A stretch of DNA of 64,000 nucleotides from Acidimicrobiia bacterium (GTDB lineage: Bacteria > Actinomycetota > Acidimicrobiia > Spongiisociales > ZC4RG35), in the NCBI GenBank assembly GCA_965203555.1, contig CBDBCY010000004.1, positions 832,001 through 896,000 of the forward strand. Reading direction: 5' to 3'. A program made the position numbers and the translations under genes. Each line of letters opens with the position of its first letter. Within the stretch, counting starts at the first letter, position 1. Shown here piece by piece: positions 1-9,811 of the stretch. A model generated the notes under the pieces. The model was not told where the DNA came from and made no database searches. It worked only from the letters and a program-made list of their open reading frames with translations.

Positions 1-909
1 ATATTCGAGCCAGTGTTCCAACTCCGCATCCCTCCCGGAAACAAGGCGCTGGAACAGTTCCTGGGCCCGACGGGTGACCGGCCCCGGACGACCGGCCCCT
101 ATTGGACGGCTATCGATCTCTCGTACCGGAGTCACCTCCGCCGCGGTTCCGGTGAAAAACACCTCATCTGCATTGAAAAGATCACCCCTGGTGAGAGTTG
201 CCTCCCGGATTTCCACACCGTCGCGGGTCAGCAGGGTCATCACCGTGTCTCTGGTGATTCCATCCAGTATTCCGGAGGCCACCGGGGGTGTGAAGACCAC
301 CCCGTCCCGTACCACGAACACGTTCTCGCCGCTGCCCTCGGAGACGTTTCCATCGGAGTTGAGCAACAGGGCCTCCTCGTATCCGTTGCTGATCGCCTCC
401 ATCTTGGCCATCACGCTGTTGAGGTATTGCCCGCAACCCTTGGCCACCGGAACGAATGCCGCCGAACTGATCCGTCGCCACGAAGACACTCCCACCCGGA
501 TTCCGTTCAATACTCCTTCCTCTCCCAGATATGCACCCCATCTCCAAGCCGCAATGGCCGTGTGCGGGGTGGCGCCGGACGGATTGAGGCCGATGGCGCC
601 CAGCCCGTAGTAGGAGATGGGACGGATGTATCCAGACTCCAGCCCATTGTCTCTCATTACTGTCTTGCAGGCGTCTACCAATTCTTCCACCGAGTATTCG
701 AGGGGGACGCGGTAGGCCCGGGCGGAACGGTGGAGCCGCTCAATGTGCTCCGTAAGCCGGAAGACAGCCGTTCCTTTATCGGTCTCATACGCCCGGATTC
801 CCTCGAACACTCCGGTTCCGTAATGAAGGGAGTTGCTCAGCACGTGAACGGTGGCATCGTCCCAAGCGACGAGTTCCCCGTCCATCCATATATAAAGTGA
901 GGGTTCCAT
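1..909 (-). CDS. ilvE: Branched-chain amino acid aminotransferase (class IV PLP), runs off the window start
   Basis: Manual minus-strand translation from ATG at 909 (not in the ORF track): MEPSLYIWMDGELVAWDDATVHVLSNSLHYGTGVFEGIRAY...SEGSGENVF...ILDGITR...ADEVFFTGTAAEVTPVREID. Confidence 0.93.
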   Translation of the reverse strand, partial: MEPSLYIWMDGELVAWDDATVHVLSNSLHYGTGVFEGIRAYETDKGTAVFRLTEHIERLHRSARAYRVPLEYSVEELVDACKTVMRDNGLESGYIRPISYYGLGAIGLNPSGATPHTAIAAWRWGAYLGEEGVLNGIRVGVSSWRRISSAAFVPVAKGCGQYLNSVMAKMEAISNGYEEALLLNSDGNVSEGSGENVFVVRDGVVFTPPVASGILDGITRDTVMTLLTRDGVEIREATLTRGDLFNADEVFFTGTAAEVTPVREIDSRPIGAGRPGPVTRRAQELFQRLVSGRDAELEHWLEY

Positions 910-1007
910 CGCCCCTAGTTTGGCACATTCGGCGCTGCGTTTATCCGCACATTCCCCCAAAGGCCCTCCCATTTTGATGATATAGGAGCTCGGTACGCTT
1001 CACACAG

Positions 1008-1451
1008 ATGCGAAAACGGATTGCCTCCCTGTTCGGAGTGGGTCTCTTCCTGAACAGAATGCGGGGCTCCGACTCGGGATCGGGCACATTGGGAGCAGCG
1101 GTAGGACTGGCTGCAGCCTTGGCGGTCGGGGTACTGGGATGGGAGGCGCAGGCCTTGCTGGCCACGGCTGCGGCAGGGGTTTCCGTCTGGAGTTCGCACC
1201 CTTTCACCGATGATCCGGGCTGGGTAGTCATCGACGAAGCAGCCGGCGCGGCGCTGGCGGTCATCGGACTGGATCTCCCCGGGGCCGTGGCGGGATGGGT
1301 GATGTTCCGGCTTGTGGACATCTACAAGATCTTTCCCGGGATGAAATGGGCCGAACGTCTCCCGGGAGGGTGGGGCGTCACCGGCGACGACCTGGTAGCG
1401 GGAGGATACGGCTTGGCGGTTGGTTGGATCGTCCAACTCTGGCTGGGCTGA
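1008..1451 (+). CDS. pgpA: Phosphatidylglycerophosphatase A
   Basis: SGTLG, DPGWVVIDEAAG, FRLVDIYK, ERLPGGWGVTGDDLVAG motifs; hydrophobic. Confidence 0.88.
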   Translation: MRKRIASLFGVGLFLNRMRGSDSGSGTLGAAVGLAAALAVGVLGWEAQALLATAAAGVSVWSSHPFTDDPGWVVIDEAAGAALAVIGLDLPGAVAGWVMFRLVDIYKIFPGMKWAERLPGGWGVTGDDLVAGGYGLAVGWIVQLWLG

Positions 1452-1867
1452 TCGCAGTCTGTCATCCCAACCCCGTACCCACTTGCGGACGAGGTCGCGA
1501 TATTTTTCTTTGAGAAATCGTTGTGTAATGGTTGAAGTCTGTCTCAGGCCCGGTGCATATTGAATAGACAAACATGATTGCGGTCCGGACCGTGGTCATC
1601 AGATCGGTCTTGTTCTTGGTCGAGACGCTGGTTTGACAGTGTCCCCGAGGGCGGACTATCTAGCCGACAACTGATTATGTTTCGGGTTCGGACAGGCCTG
1701 CGCCTGTTCGCGCCTTTTGTGACGGTCAGGAGGCGGCGGGTCGGGAGGGGAAACCCAAAATAGGAGGGTGATGCCGCGGGGCAAGAGTGGGAAAACCGGA
1801 TGGCAGGGGACCGGTGGCGGGTGGAGGATGGCGTCCCGGGTGGGAAGAGTCGGGGGAAGTGGTCTGT

Positions 1868-3115
1868 TTATTTTCGTTGTTTTATGGTGGGTCGGCGTTT
1901 GCGGGAGTAGCGGCTGTTGGGTCGGCGTTTGCGGGGGTAGCGGTGGGAGGTGTTTTGGCGGGATGGGCGTCCCCATTGGGTGGGTGGTCGGCGGAGGGTG
2001 TATCTTCCTGCTGGTGACTGGTGTACTGTCCAGTCGTTGTCGTGTACTTTGTGGTGGCATCTGCTGCACAGCAGGACGAGGTTGTCGATGTTGGTGGGGC
2101 CTCCGTCGGCCCAGTGGATGATGTGATGCGCCTGGCACCAGGCGGCTTTCGCTCCGCACCCGACACAGTGTTTGTCCCGGGCGATGAGCGCGGCGCGTTG
2201 GGCCGGGTTGGCTTTGCGTCGGGCCCGTCCCAGATCCAGGGGTATCGAAGACCCCGAGAAGATGGCGGGCAGGACCTGCGCGTCACACGCCAGGTGGCGC
2301 AATGCCCGGGCGGGGATGGGGGTTCCATCGGACAGACGGGCATTTTTCAGTTGTTGACCGATAGTGTCGTAATCGGCGATCAGCAACAACCGCACATCCT
2401 GGGAACGGCCGTCTTTTCCCTCCCGAGTAAGAAGTTTGGATAGGGCGTCGGCCATTCTCTGTCCCGATGTGGCCCGGTTCCGGGGGTCTTCTTTGTGCCA
2501 TAGTTGTTTCATCATGTGTGACACGGCCGTTTCGACCCGAGCGCCGGTGACCGGATCGAACCTCCCGTAAAGGACGGTCATCCCGTCGTCTTGGTCGGTG
2601 GTGATCCTGGCGAACCGCCGCGACCGCTGATGCTCTAACTTCGACACACCATCATCTCGGGCACGCTGTTGTTCGTGTTTGCGGACCGTCGCCGCGAACT
2701 TGTCAGGAGACTGGGAACGAGCATCGTCCAGCAGTTCGTCTTCTGCTATGGTTCCCCGCTGGTTGGCACCGGCGATGATCCGCGCGTTGTCGTGGGAGAT
2801 CTCACCTTTGCGTAACCCTTTTCGCGTTTTTGGTAGTTCTTCCAATGCTTTGGCGGTTTCTACTTCTGACCGTGCTTTCCGACGGCCCAGCAGACCGTCG
2901 GTTTGCAACACCGTTTCTACCACCTCGGTGCCTTCCCGGCGGCGCAACTCCGACACAATCTCGGCGCGGATCGCCGCTGCCTGGTTCTGAACGCGGACAG
3001 TGGACTTCAACCGCTGGCGCAACTGCTCCAACGAAGCCTCCGAAACCGGCAAAGAAGGCACCAACAAACGCACCCGGTTGGTCACGGATGTTCCGTTCAC
3101 GTCTTTTCTGTTCAT
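1868..3115 (-). CDS. DUF222 domain plus HNH endonuclease (13E12/Rv1128c-like)
   Basis: QRMADAL, LACDAQVLPAIF, PLDLGRARR, QRAALIARDKHCVGC, CQAHHIIHWADGGPTNIDNLVLLCSRCHHKVH. Confidence 0.92.
   Translation of the reverse strand: MNRKDVNGTSVTNRVRLLVPSLPVSEASLEQLRQRLKSTVRVQNQAAAIRAEIVSELRRREGTEVVETVLQTDGLLGRRKARSEVETAKALEELPKTRKGLRKGEISHDNARIIAGANQRGTIAEDELLDDARSQSPDKFAATVRKHEQQRARDDGVSKLEHQRSRRFARITTDQDDGMTVLYGRFDPVTGARVETAVSHMMKQLWHKEDPRNRATSGQRMADALSKLLTREGKDGRSQDVRLLLIADYDTIGQQLKNARLSDGTPIPARALRHLACDAQVLPAIFSGSSIPLDLGRARRKANPAQRAALIARDKHCVGCGAKAAWCQAHHIIHWADGGPTNIDNLVLLCSRCHHKVHDNDWTVHQSPAGRYTLRRPPTQWGRPSRQNTSHRYPRKRRPNSRYSRKRRPTIKQRK
1891..1943 (+). repeat. Imperfect tandem repeat with 30-bp period in the HNH C-terminal tail
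   Basis: gtcggcgtttgcggg(a/g)gtagcgg at 1891 and 1921. Confidence 0.7.
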
Positions 3116-3122
3116 AGATACC

Positions 3123-3144
3123 AGTATGCACCAGGGGTGTGACA
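3123..3144 (-). promoter_or_regulatory. Putative PafBC/RecA-NDp-like DNA-damage promoter, leaderless
   Basis: Minus strand TGTCAC-N10-CATACT, then 7 nt to ATG 3115; resembles TGTCGG-N10-TANNNT. Confidence 0.45.
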
Positions 3145-3279
3145 AACAATGCCATATATCACTAAGTTGTTAAAAGAAACACTATATGGGAAGGTCAGCT
3201 TGGCGGTTGGATGGATCGCCCGACTTCGGCTAGTCTGATCGCAAGCCACCGGGCAACCAAGCTTCCACGGAGAGCGACG

Positions 3280-4080
3280 ATGACCGACTACCTATTCGAT
3301 GCCGACACCCGTCACGCCTTGACTTCGGTCGGCGCCGGCGAGTTCACCGCCAAGGTCAGTTCCCACTGGAACATAGGAGGAGTGCCCAACGGTGGATTCT
3401 CGATGGCCCTGTGTCTCGCCGCTGCCATTCGGGAAGTCCCCCATACCGATCCCCTCTCCATGAGCACTCACTTCCTGGGGAAGACCATACCTGGCGAGGC
3501 AGCCATTCGGTGTCGGGTACTCAAGCGAGGTCGCAGTCTCTCGGTGACAGCGGTTGATCTCGTCCAGGGCGAACGGGTAACCATCAACTCTGTTATCACC
3601 TGGGGGGATCTGTCCAAGTTCACAGGACCCGACGGACCGCCCCTACCGCCGCCGGACCTTCCGGCCGAAGCGGACATGCGCAGGGGTTTCCAAATGACGC
3701 CGGATTCGTCTTTCACCGAGAAATTCGACTATCTGATGCCCCACGACATAGCTCAGGGGGCCTCGGGCAGACCCACCGGCAGGGCACAGGCGAAGGGTCG
3801 GATGCGATTTGCGGACGGCCGCCCACCGGACCTGCTTTCCATGCCGCTGATCGCCGATGGTTTCCCGCCCGCCATCTTCCAACTCGGACACTACGGATGG
3901 GCGCCCACCCTAGAACTCACCATCCACTTCCGCGCCCGCCCGTGCCCGGGCTGGCTGACCGTCGATCAACGCGCCCGCCACCTCGTGAACGGCACCTTCG
4001 AAGAGGATTGCAACATCTGGGACTCCGACGGCAACCTGGTCGCCATGTCCCGCCAACTAGGCCGAACTCTGACCGGATAA
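3280..4080 (+). CDS. Acyl-CoA thioesterase (TesB-like double hotdog)
   Basis: WNIGGVPNGG, PLSMSTHFL, LKRGRS, ADGFPP, PTLELTIHFR, IWDSDGNLVAMSRQ. Confidence 0.88.
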   Translation: MTDYLFDADTRHALTSVGAGEFTAKVSSHWNIGGVPNGGFSMALCLAAAIREVPHTDPLSMSTHFLGKTIPGEAAIRCRVLKRGRSLSVTAVDLVQGERVTINSVITWGDLSKFTGPDGPPLPPPDLPAEADMRRGFQMTPDSSFTEKFDYLMPHDIAQGASGRPTGRAQAKGRMRFADGRPPDLLSMPLIADGFPPAIFQLGHYGWAPTLELTIHFRARPCPGWLTVDQRARHLVNGTFEEDCNIWDSDGNLVAMSRQLGRTLTG

Positions 4081-4143
4081 GACCAAGGGGATTCAAAGAG
4101 CGGGTTTTCACACCTTTTGTCTCCTACTGCTTACAATGGCCTC

Positions 4144-5277
4144 ATGTTCAGGGAAAAGATCACGGAGCATGGACGGCGGGTTGAGACATTGCTCAAGGAC
4201 TTTCCGGAAATCAAAAAACTCGAGGCCGCCACCAAAAACAGTCTGATCGAACCTCTTCTCCGGTGTCTTGGCTATGACACCGGCCATCCTCAACAGGTTG
4301 CACTGGAGGCGCTCACGGAACTTGGCGAAAGAATCGATTATGTGCTGACCGGAGAGGCAAACGTCAAGATTGCAGTCGAAGCGAAGAAAGCCGGAAATCC
4401 GCTGTCCGTAAAGGAGACAAACCAACTGCGGTCTTACTTCACCTTCTCTGAAGCAGTGGCAGGCGTTCTGACCAACGGCATCGACGTCTGGCTCTTCACT
4501 GATCTGGACAAGGCCAACGTGATGGACGCCGAGCCCTATCTAATGGTGGACACCCGCAATGTCACTGATAACGACACATTCCATCTGGAAACGCTGACAA
4601 GAAGCCAAGTGAGCCAAACTGCTATTCACGAACAGGCTCAGAGGGAGCGGTACAGAATACTGATCAACAAGATTGTGACCCAAGAGTTGGGCACCCCTTC
4701 CCAAGAATTTCTCAGGATGGTCGGCAAGAAGGCCGAGATAAAGCCACTTACCAAAGCCACCCTTGAGTCTATAAAACCTCTGGTAGCCGAAGCTATCGAC
4801 CAAAGCCGGGGAGTCACCATCCCTTCCAACACAAAACCATCGCCGCCTGCAGGGCTAGATCCCAAACCTCCATCCCCCACTCCGCCAGCCTCCCCTCCTG
4901 CTAAGGACCCTCCCGAACTCGGACCTGGGAAAAGCCTACTTAACACTGTCCAGATTCAAAGAGCGACGCTGTTCGGGGAGGTTCTTCCTGCGAAGAGCTA
5001 CAGACAGATGCTGCTAGCCGTGGTTGCCGAACTCCAGGCACGGCATCCAAACGAATTCCCGGACCGAGTCCGCAATAAGGACTTCAAGGGAAGACAATGG
5101 TGGTTCATTAGTAGGGATCAGAGCGACCTTAGCCCAAAACTCTCGAAAGCCAAGGTGGGTGAGTATTACGTTAATACAAATTTCAGCAGACTAGGATCGA
5201 TTAAGCAGGCCCACCGATTCCTGATCGCCTTTGGCTACGGTGTCAAAGCGTTAGAAATCCGGACATCTGACGACTGA
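4144..5277 (+). CDS. HsdR_N-type PD-(D/E)xK nuclease, Pro-rich linker, SeqA-like C-terminal domain
   Basis: EAATKNSLIEPLLRCLGYD, IDYVL, AVEAKK, QLRSYF, GVLTNG; TACAAT 6 nt before the ATG. Confidence 0.78.
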   Translation: MFREKITEHGRRVETLLKDFPEIKKLEAATKNSLIEPLLRCLGYDTGHPQQVALEALTELGERIDYVLTGEANVKIAVEAKKAGNPLSVKETNQLRSYFTFSEAVAGVLTNGIDVWLFTDLDKANVMDAEPYLMVDTRNVTDNDTFHLETLTRSQVSQTAIHEQAQRERYRILINKIVTQELGTPSQEFLRMVGKKAEIKPLTKATLESIKPLVAEAIDQSRGVTIPSNTKPSPPAGLDPKPPSPTPPASPPAKDPPELGPGKSLLNTVQIQRATLFGEVLPAKSYRQMLLAVVAELQARHPNEFPDRVRNKDFKGRQWWFISRDQSDLSPKLSKAKVGEYYVNTNFSRLGSIKQAHRFLIAFGYGVKALEIRTSDD

Positions 5278-5289
5278 TCCACCAGACCG

Positions 5290-6483
5290 CTAGCCAACGT
5301 ATCTTGAGGCTTCGGTGGCTGGATCACCGATTGGCCTCCAGGCAAAAGCCTCCAGATAGGGGTTAGGGGTTCCTTCGATTGCATCTGCAATCAGACCGCC
5401 CAAGACGGGACCGAACTTGAAGCCGTGGCCGCTGCCGCCGCTGGCAACCGTCAAACCTTCAACCTCGGGATGTTGGCTGATCAGGAAGTTTCCGTCCCAG
5501 GTGTCCGTGTAGACACACATCTTCAGGGCATGAAGCGGGGCATCCGCCAGAACTGGCAGGGAGTGCGACAGAAAGTCCCGGCAATGGGCGACGTCTTCAT
5601 CTCCGGGCGGAACGCGCGGTGCGTCCGCAGACACAGAATACCCGGGCCCATGGACGCCGATCTTGACTACCCCCTCCCGGTTGGCGGGGAAACCGTACCA
5701 GCCGGTGGTGGCGATGTCTGCACCCCAGGGCGGAAATAGAGGAGGTCGGAAAGGCTCCGGGTCGGCCGGCTCGAAATAGAGGATCGGCTGGCCGGACAGT
5801 CGAAGGAAACCGTTCAGCTCCGGAAGAAGCGAGGGAGTCCACACTCCGGCCGCCACTACCACATGATCAGCCTTGATCTCCGTCCCGTCCTCGGTGACCA
5901 CCCCCGAGACACCCCCACTTCCCACACTTATCGACGACACCACCGCCGTCCTCAAACCGATTCCCCTAGCCGTGGCATCCCGTGCCAACAGGGCAACTAC
6001 CGATCCTGCCTCCGCCCACCCTCCCCTCTGATTGAAATAGCCGTCGACGTAGTAGTCGGAATTCCATCCGGGATACCGGGAAGCTATCTCCGGTGACCCC
6101 AGCCTCTGCAACGAAAAACCCTCCTCGGAGAGAGTACGGTAGGAGTCACCCTCGAATCCCTCCTCCTCCAACGGCCTGCTACTAAGGAATAAAAGACCGT
6201 CCTGGTGATACAGGTCCCGTCCCCAGTGCGCATTCCACCGGCGCCAACCGTCAATGGCTTCATTGGCCAGACGACAGTGCAACCGATCGTTCCCGTAGTC
6301 CGTCCTTACCATCCGGCTCACGTCATTGGAAGCCGCCGAGGGATGCGGTATGGGACCGGCGTTGACTACGGTGACCTGGTATCCCCTATCCGCCAACTCC
6401 AATGCCCCGGCCAGGCCAAAGATGCCCGCGCCGACCATGACAACCGTTCGTCCACGAGCGGTAATCGAGGAAGAGTATCCCAT
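5290..6483 (-). CDS. FAD-dependent oxidoreductase (sarcosine/fructosyl-amine oxidase family)
   Basis: VGAGIFG, ASNDVSRMVRTDYG, MCVYTDT, GGSGHGFKFGPVLG. Confidence 0.88.
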   Translation of the reverse strand: MGYSSSITARGRTVVMVGAGIFGLAGALELADRGYQVTVVNAGPIPHPSAASNDVSRMVRTDYGNDRLHCRLANEAIDGWRRWNAHWGRDLYHQDGLLFLSSRPLEEEGFEGDSYRTLSEEGFSLQRLGSPEIASRYPGWNSDYYVDGYFNQRGGWAEAGSVVALLARDATARGIGLRTAVVSSISVGSGGVSGVVTEDGTEIKADHVVVAAGVWTPSLLPELNGFLRLSGQPILYFEPADPEPFRPPLFPPWGADIATTGWYGFPANREGVVKIGVHGPGYSVSADAPRVPPGDEDVAHCRDFLSHSLPVLADAPLHALKMCVYTDTWDGNFLISQHPEVEGLTVASGGSGHGFKFGPVLGGLIADAIEGTPNPYLEAFAWRPIGDPATEASRYVG

Positions 6484-6485
6484 GG

Positions 6486-7940
6486 CTAGGACCAGGTAAT
6501 CATGGCCACGGCAGTGGTGCTGGCATACAGAACCCGGCCTTCACCGGCGGCGCTGAGGAACATCCCGTTGGCGACTCTCGACCCGGTCGCCACCCTGTCG
6601 AGCAAGGCGCCGCTGGCAATGTCCACCACCACCAAGTCGTCAGATGGGGGGCCTCCCTCGGCGCTCACGTGGAAGTCGTTTATGACCAACTCGCCGGACT
6701 CGGGATAGACCACCGGTTGCATGGACGGTCTCACATCAAGGTGCCATGCAACTTTCATGTCAGTGCCGCCGTTCCGGGAAGAGCACTCGATACCCGCCAA
6801 ACCACCGTTCACCGAGTCCCAGGCTATAGCCATATCCAATCCCGGCTTGACCTGTGGTACGTGGACCGGAGGTGCGATAATGCCTCCCCCCGGCGTACCG
6901 AACGGCTCAATCGCTCCCCAGTCCTGGTCAGAAGTGAGGCTCACTCGGAACAAGCGCTGCGCTCCCGACCATGGCGCGGGGCGCCGCCACGAGAGTCTTC
7001 TGCCCGGAGAGACGCTGAACCGGCCGTTGGGCTCGGTGCCGTGAATGGCCCGGACGGACTCGATGTCCCCGCAATCCATGATCCAGCAGTGACCCGCAGA
7101 GAGACAACAATCCCAGGAAAGACCGAACTCACCGTTGAGCCGGCGGTAACGCGGCCGCCAAGTGCGGTCAATCTCCAGACCGCACCCACTGCCGTAGCCC
7201 AAAGAGCCGGCACCGTTGAAGTCAGCCACGACCAACCGCCAGACGTGCTCGGTCCCGGGGACGTAAATCAACTCCGTCTGCACACCGTCGATCTCAACCA
7301 GGTCGGCTGCGATCCGGCCCATCGATCCCTCCGGCAGCACCAGTGGTTCGCCCACCAACTCGAGCGACTCCGGTTCCAGCCGGGTGAGAGTGGTGCCTCC
7401 CTGTCCTTCCAGCCGCAGGTCCTTGGTGACTATGGTTCCATCCCGCAGCGCCAGCATTCCGTTGTGCGAGCGGTCGACGGGAAGCCGACGCTCAGCCAAG
7501 ACCGACAGGTCGAGGGGGTCGAGCTTGTGCAGGTAAGAGCCGTTGACGCTGTAGATGGCACCGTTGGCGTGGGCCAGTATCGATCCGCACCACACATGAC
7601 TCCCGCAGGGAAGCCGAGGCGATACAGCTTCCGGCTCAAGCGCATCGACACCGGACCCACCCTCGCTCAGGTCGAGACGCTCCACCCACCCGTGGGGCTC
7701 GGGACCGCTGAAGGCCGGCATCGTCCCGCCCAGGTACCATTCACCCGGCGCCCGCTCCACGAACATCACGTTCCAGCGACCGTTCAGCCGAGTCACTACC
7801 GAAGCGGACCGGGAAGCGGCATCCAAACGTCCCACGGCAGCCTTTTGCCGCCGGTTCCCGCCGCATTCCGCCGGCCATGGAGATGGCCAGTAGCCATCCC
7901 GCCCACCCGGTCGCCCTTCCAGGCGGTCCAGGGCCGTCAC
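6486..7940 (-). CDS. Hypothetical protein, probably beta-propeller
   Basis: 484-aa ORF with aggaggc RBS, ends 2 nt before the oxidase start; beta-strand-rich blade-like segments. Confidence 0.65.
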   Translation of the reverse strand: MTALDRLEGRPGGRDGYWPSPWPAECGGNRRQKAAVGRLDAASRSASVVTRLNGRWNVMFVERAPGEWYLGGTMPAFSGPEPHGWVERLDLSEGGSGVDALEPEAVSPRLPCGSHVWCGSILAHANGAIYSVNGSYLHKLDPLDLSVLAERRLPVDRSHNGMLALRDGTIVTKDLRLEGQGGTTLTRLEPESLELVGEPLVLPEGSMGRIAADLVEIDGVQTELIYVPGTEHVWRLVVADFNGAGSLGYGSGCGLEIDRTWRPRYRRLNGEFGLSWDCCLSAGHCWIMDCGDIESVRAIHGTEPNGRFSVSPGRRLSWRRPAPWSGAQRLFRVSLTSDQDWGAIEPFGTPGGGIIAPPVHVPQVKPGLDMAIAWDSVNGGLAGIECSSRNGGTDMKVAWHLDVRPSMQPVVYPESGELVINDFHVSAEGGPPSDDLVVVDIASGALLDRVATGSRVANGMFLSAAGEGRVLYASTTAVAMITWS

Positions 7941-8057
7941 CGTTCCATAGCCTCCTGTCTGACGGTCATCGCAAGTCCAGGCTACCCGCCGGTGGCGGAA
8001 CTCCGTTCCACCGCCCCCTTCCGGAGGTCGATCCCGTGCCGAAGCGGACCCTTGTGT

Positions 8058-8957
8058 TCAGGCTGTTGTTGCCGGAACACCGTCCTGCAGTTGTTTCTTT
8101 TTCTTCTTCTTGGTCCTTGACCCCGGCTGGGGGACATATAGATCGGGAACGAAGGCCTGTTCGGTGATGGGCGGACGGATGTATTCATCGCCGCTCTGTC
8201 GAGCCGGCAGGCTGAGTTCCGGAACTTCCACATTGTGATAGGGGATGCTGCTCAGCAGATGGCTGATGCAGTTGAGCCGTGCCCGGCGTTTGTCGTCGGC
8301 ATTCACCACGTTCCAGCGACAATCGATGATGTCGGTGTGTACGAACATGTCGTCCTTCGCCCTGGAATAGTCGATCCAGCGCTTCCTTGACTCCAGGTCC
8401 ATCGGGCTCAGCTTCCACCGCCGCCGGGGATCCGTGAGCCGGGCTTGAAAACGGCTCTCCTGCTCCTCGTCGCTCACGGAGAACCAGTACTTGATGATCT
8501 GGATGCCGGAACGGATCAGCATACGTTCGAACTGTGGGCAGGACACCAGGAACTCCTGATACTCCTGCTCGGTACAGAATCCCATCACCCGCTCCACGCC
8601 GGCCCGGTTGTACCAGCTGCGGTCGAAGAGCACCATCTCGCCCGCAGCGGGCAAGTGTGTCACATAGCGCTGGAAATACCACTGGGTCTTCTCACGCTCG
8701 GTGGGCACCCCGAGAGCCACCACCCGACAAACACGGGGATTCAGTCTCTCAACGATCCGCTTTATCACTCCCCCCTTGCCGGCCGCGTCCCGACCCTCGC
8801 AAATCACCAGGACTTTGAGTCCCCGGTTGACAATCCATCTTTGAAGCATCGCCAACTCTTCCTGCAGTCTGCGCAACTCTCGTTCGTAATACCTCCGCTC
8901 GAGCCTTCCCTTTGCTGTGTAGTTGGGTGGGCTCACTGAGGAATACATCCCGTTCAT
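8058..8957 (-). CDS. ppk2: Polyphosphate kinase 2
   Basis: EGRDAAGKGG, QWYFQRY, FDRSWYNRAGVERVMGFC, WKLSPMD. Confidence 0.96.
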   Translation of the reverse strand: MNGMYSSVSPPNYTAKGRLERRYYERELRRLQEELAMLQRWIVNRGLKVLVICEGRDAAGKGGVIKRIVERLNPRVCRVVALGVPTEREKTQWYFQRYVTHLPAAGEMVLFDRSWYNRAGVERVMGFCTEQEYQEFLVSCPQFERMLIRSGIQIIKYWFSVSDEEQESRFQARLTDPRRRWKLSPMDLESRKRWIDYSRAKDDMFVHTDIIDCRWNVVNADDKRRARLNCISHLLSSIPYHNVEVPELSLPARQSGDEYIRPPITEQAFVPDLYVPQPGSRTKKKKKKQLQDGVPATTA

Positions 8958-9106
8958 TCTTCTCTCCTCTCGCCGGCTGCGTCGTCTCCCGTCGGCTAGA
9001 AGGGGGCTTTACCTGTCGCTGTCGGAGAGTAACACCAGGCGGCACTTCAACCTGCCGGGACGGGGGTTTTTTTGACGAGCCGGTTACAGCACGAATCCAT
9101 GGCCTT

Positions 9107-9736
9107 CTATGGATCCGTGATCTCCAATCCCCAGCTAATCCACCCATCGGCGTTCGTGCGGGCGAACAACTCGATCTTGCTCTGCGAAGGAAACATTTCT
9201 TCGATCCTGCTCCGGACTTCCTCGGGCTTCTGCGAGTGCGGGCCTCGTGCGCTGCGAACCATCTGACGAACATTTCTCGCCCCCCGAGGCGTCGGGATTC
9301 GACCCTTCTTGAAAACCAGGCAGAGTTCACATTGGCTGAGGGTGTAGAAACCCGGGTTCACTCTTACCTTGTCCCATACGAAGGCAACCGTCGCCCACTT
9401 GAACCCCCAGGACTTTCCCAGTTCCACAGCCTGGTCAAGGTGAGGATTGGTAGTCCACATGAACAACAGGCAGTCGTCGGCAGCGATGGAGGGAACTCCC
9501 AGTTTCTTGAGATCGGAGAGCTTGACCGTGGGATAGTGCCGGACGGCGCCTCCGGTGTCGCCCGATCCCACTCCGGCGTGCTGGAGTTGCCCCCGGTAGT
9601 CCCAGGGTGGATCGGCATAGATAATCGCGAATCTCTGATCGGGGAGCCCAGGGAACATTTGCTCGGTTCCGATGTCAACACCTACCTGCTTGTCTTGGGA
9701 CCCGACCCTCTCCACGCGGGCTGATCGCCGAGACAC
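9107..9736 (-). CDS. MT-A70 family N6-adenine methyltransferase
   Basis: IIYADPPW, DDCLLFMW, WGF, HSQKP, KIELFAR, GWISWG. Confidence 0.92.
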   Translation of the reverse strand: MSRRSARVERVGSQDKQVGVDIGTEQMFPGLPDQRFAIIYADPPWDYRGQLQHAGVGSGDTGGAVRHYPTVKLSDLKKLGVPSIAADDCLLFMWTTNPHLDQAVELGKSWGFKWATVAFVWDKVRVNPGFYTLSQCELCLVFKKGRIPTPRGARNVRQMVRSARGPHSQKPEEVRSRIEEMFPSQSKIELFARTNADGWISWGLEITDP

Positions 9737-9811
9737 GGCGTCTCAGCCCTGACAACATTAATGCCGACCGACGTTGTTCACCTCACCTTCCCTGCCTGGC
9801 TCGGCGTTTGC

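Noticed and set aside
13-900. 295-aa plus-strand ORF
   Set aside because: Antisense shadow of ilvE.
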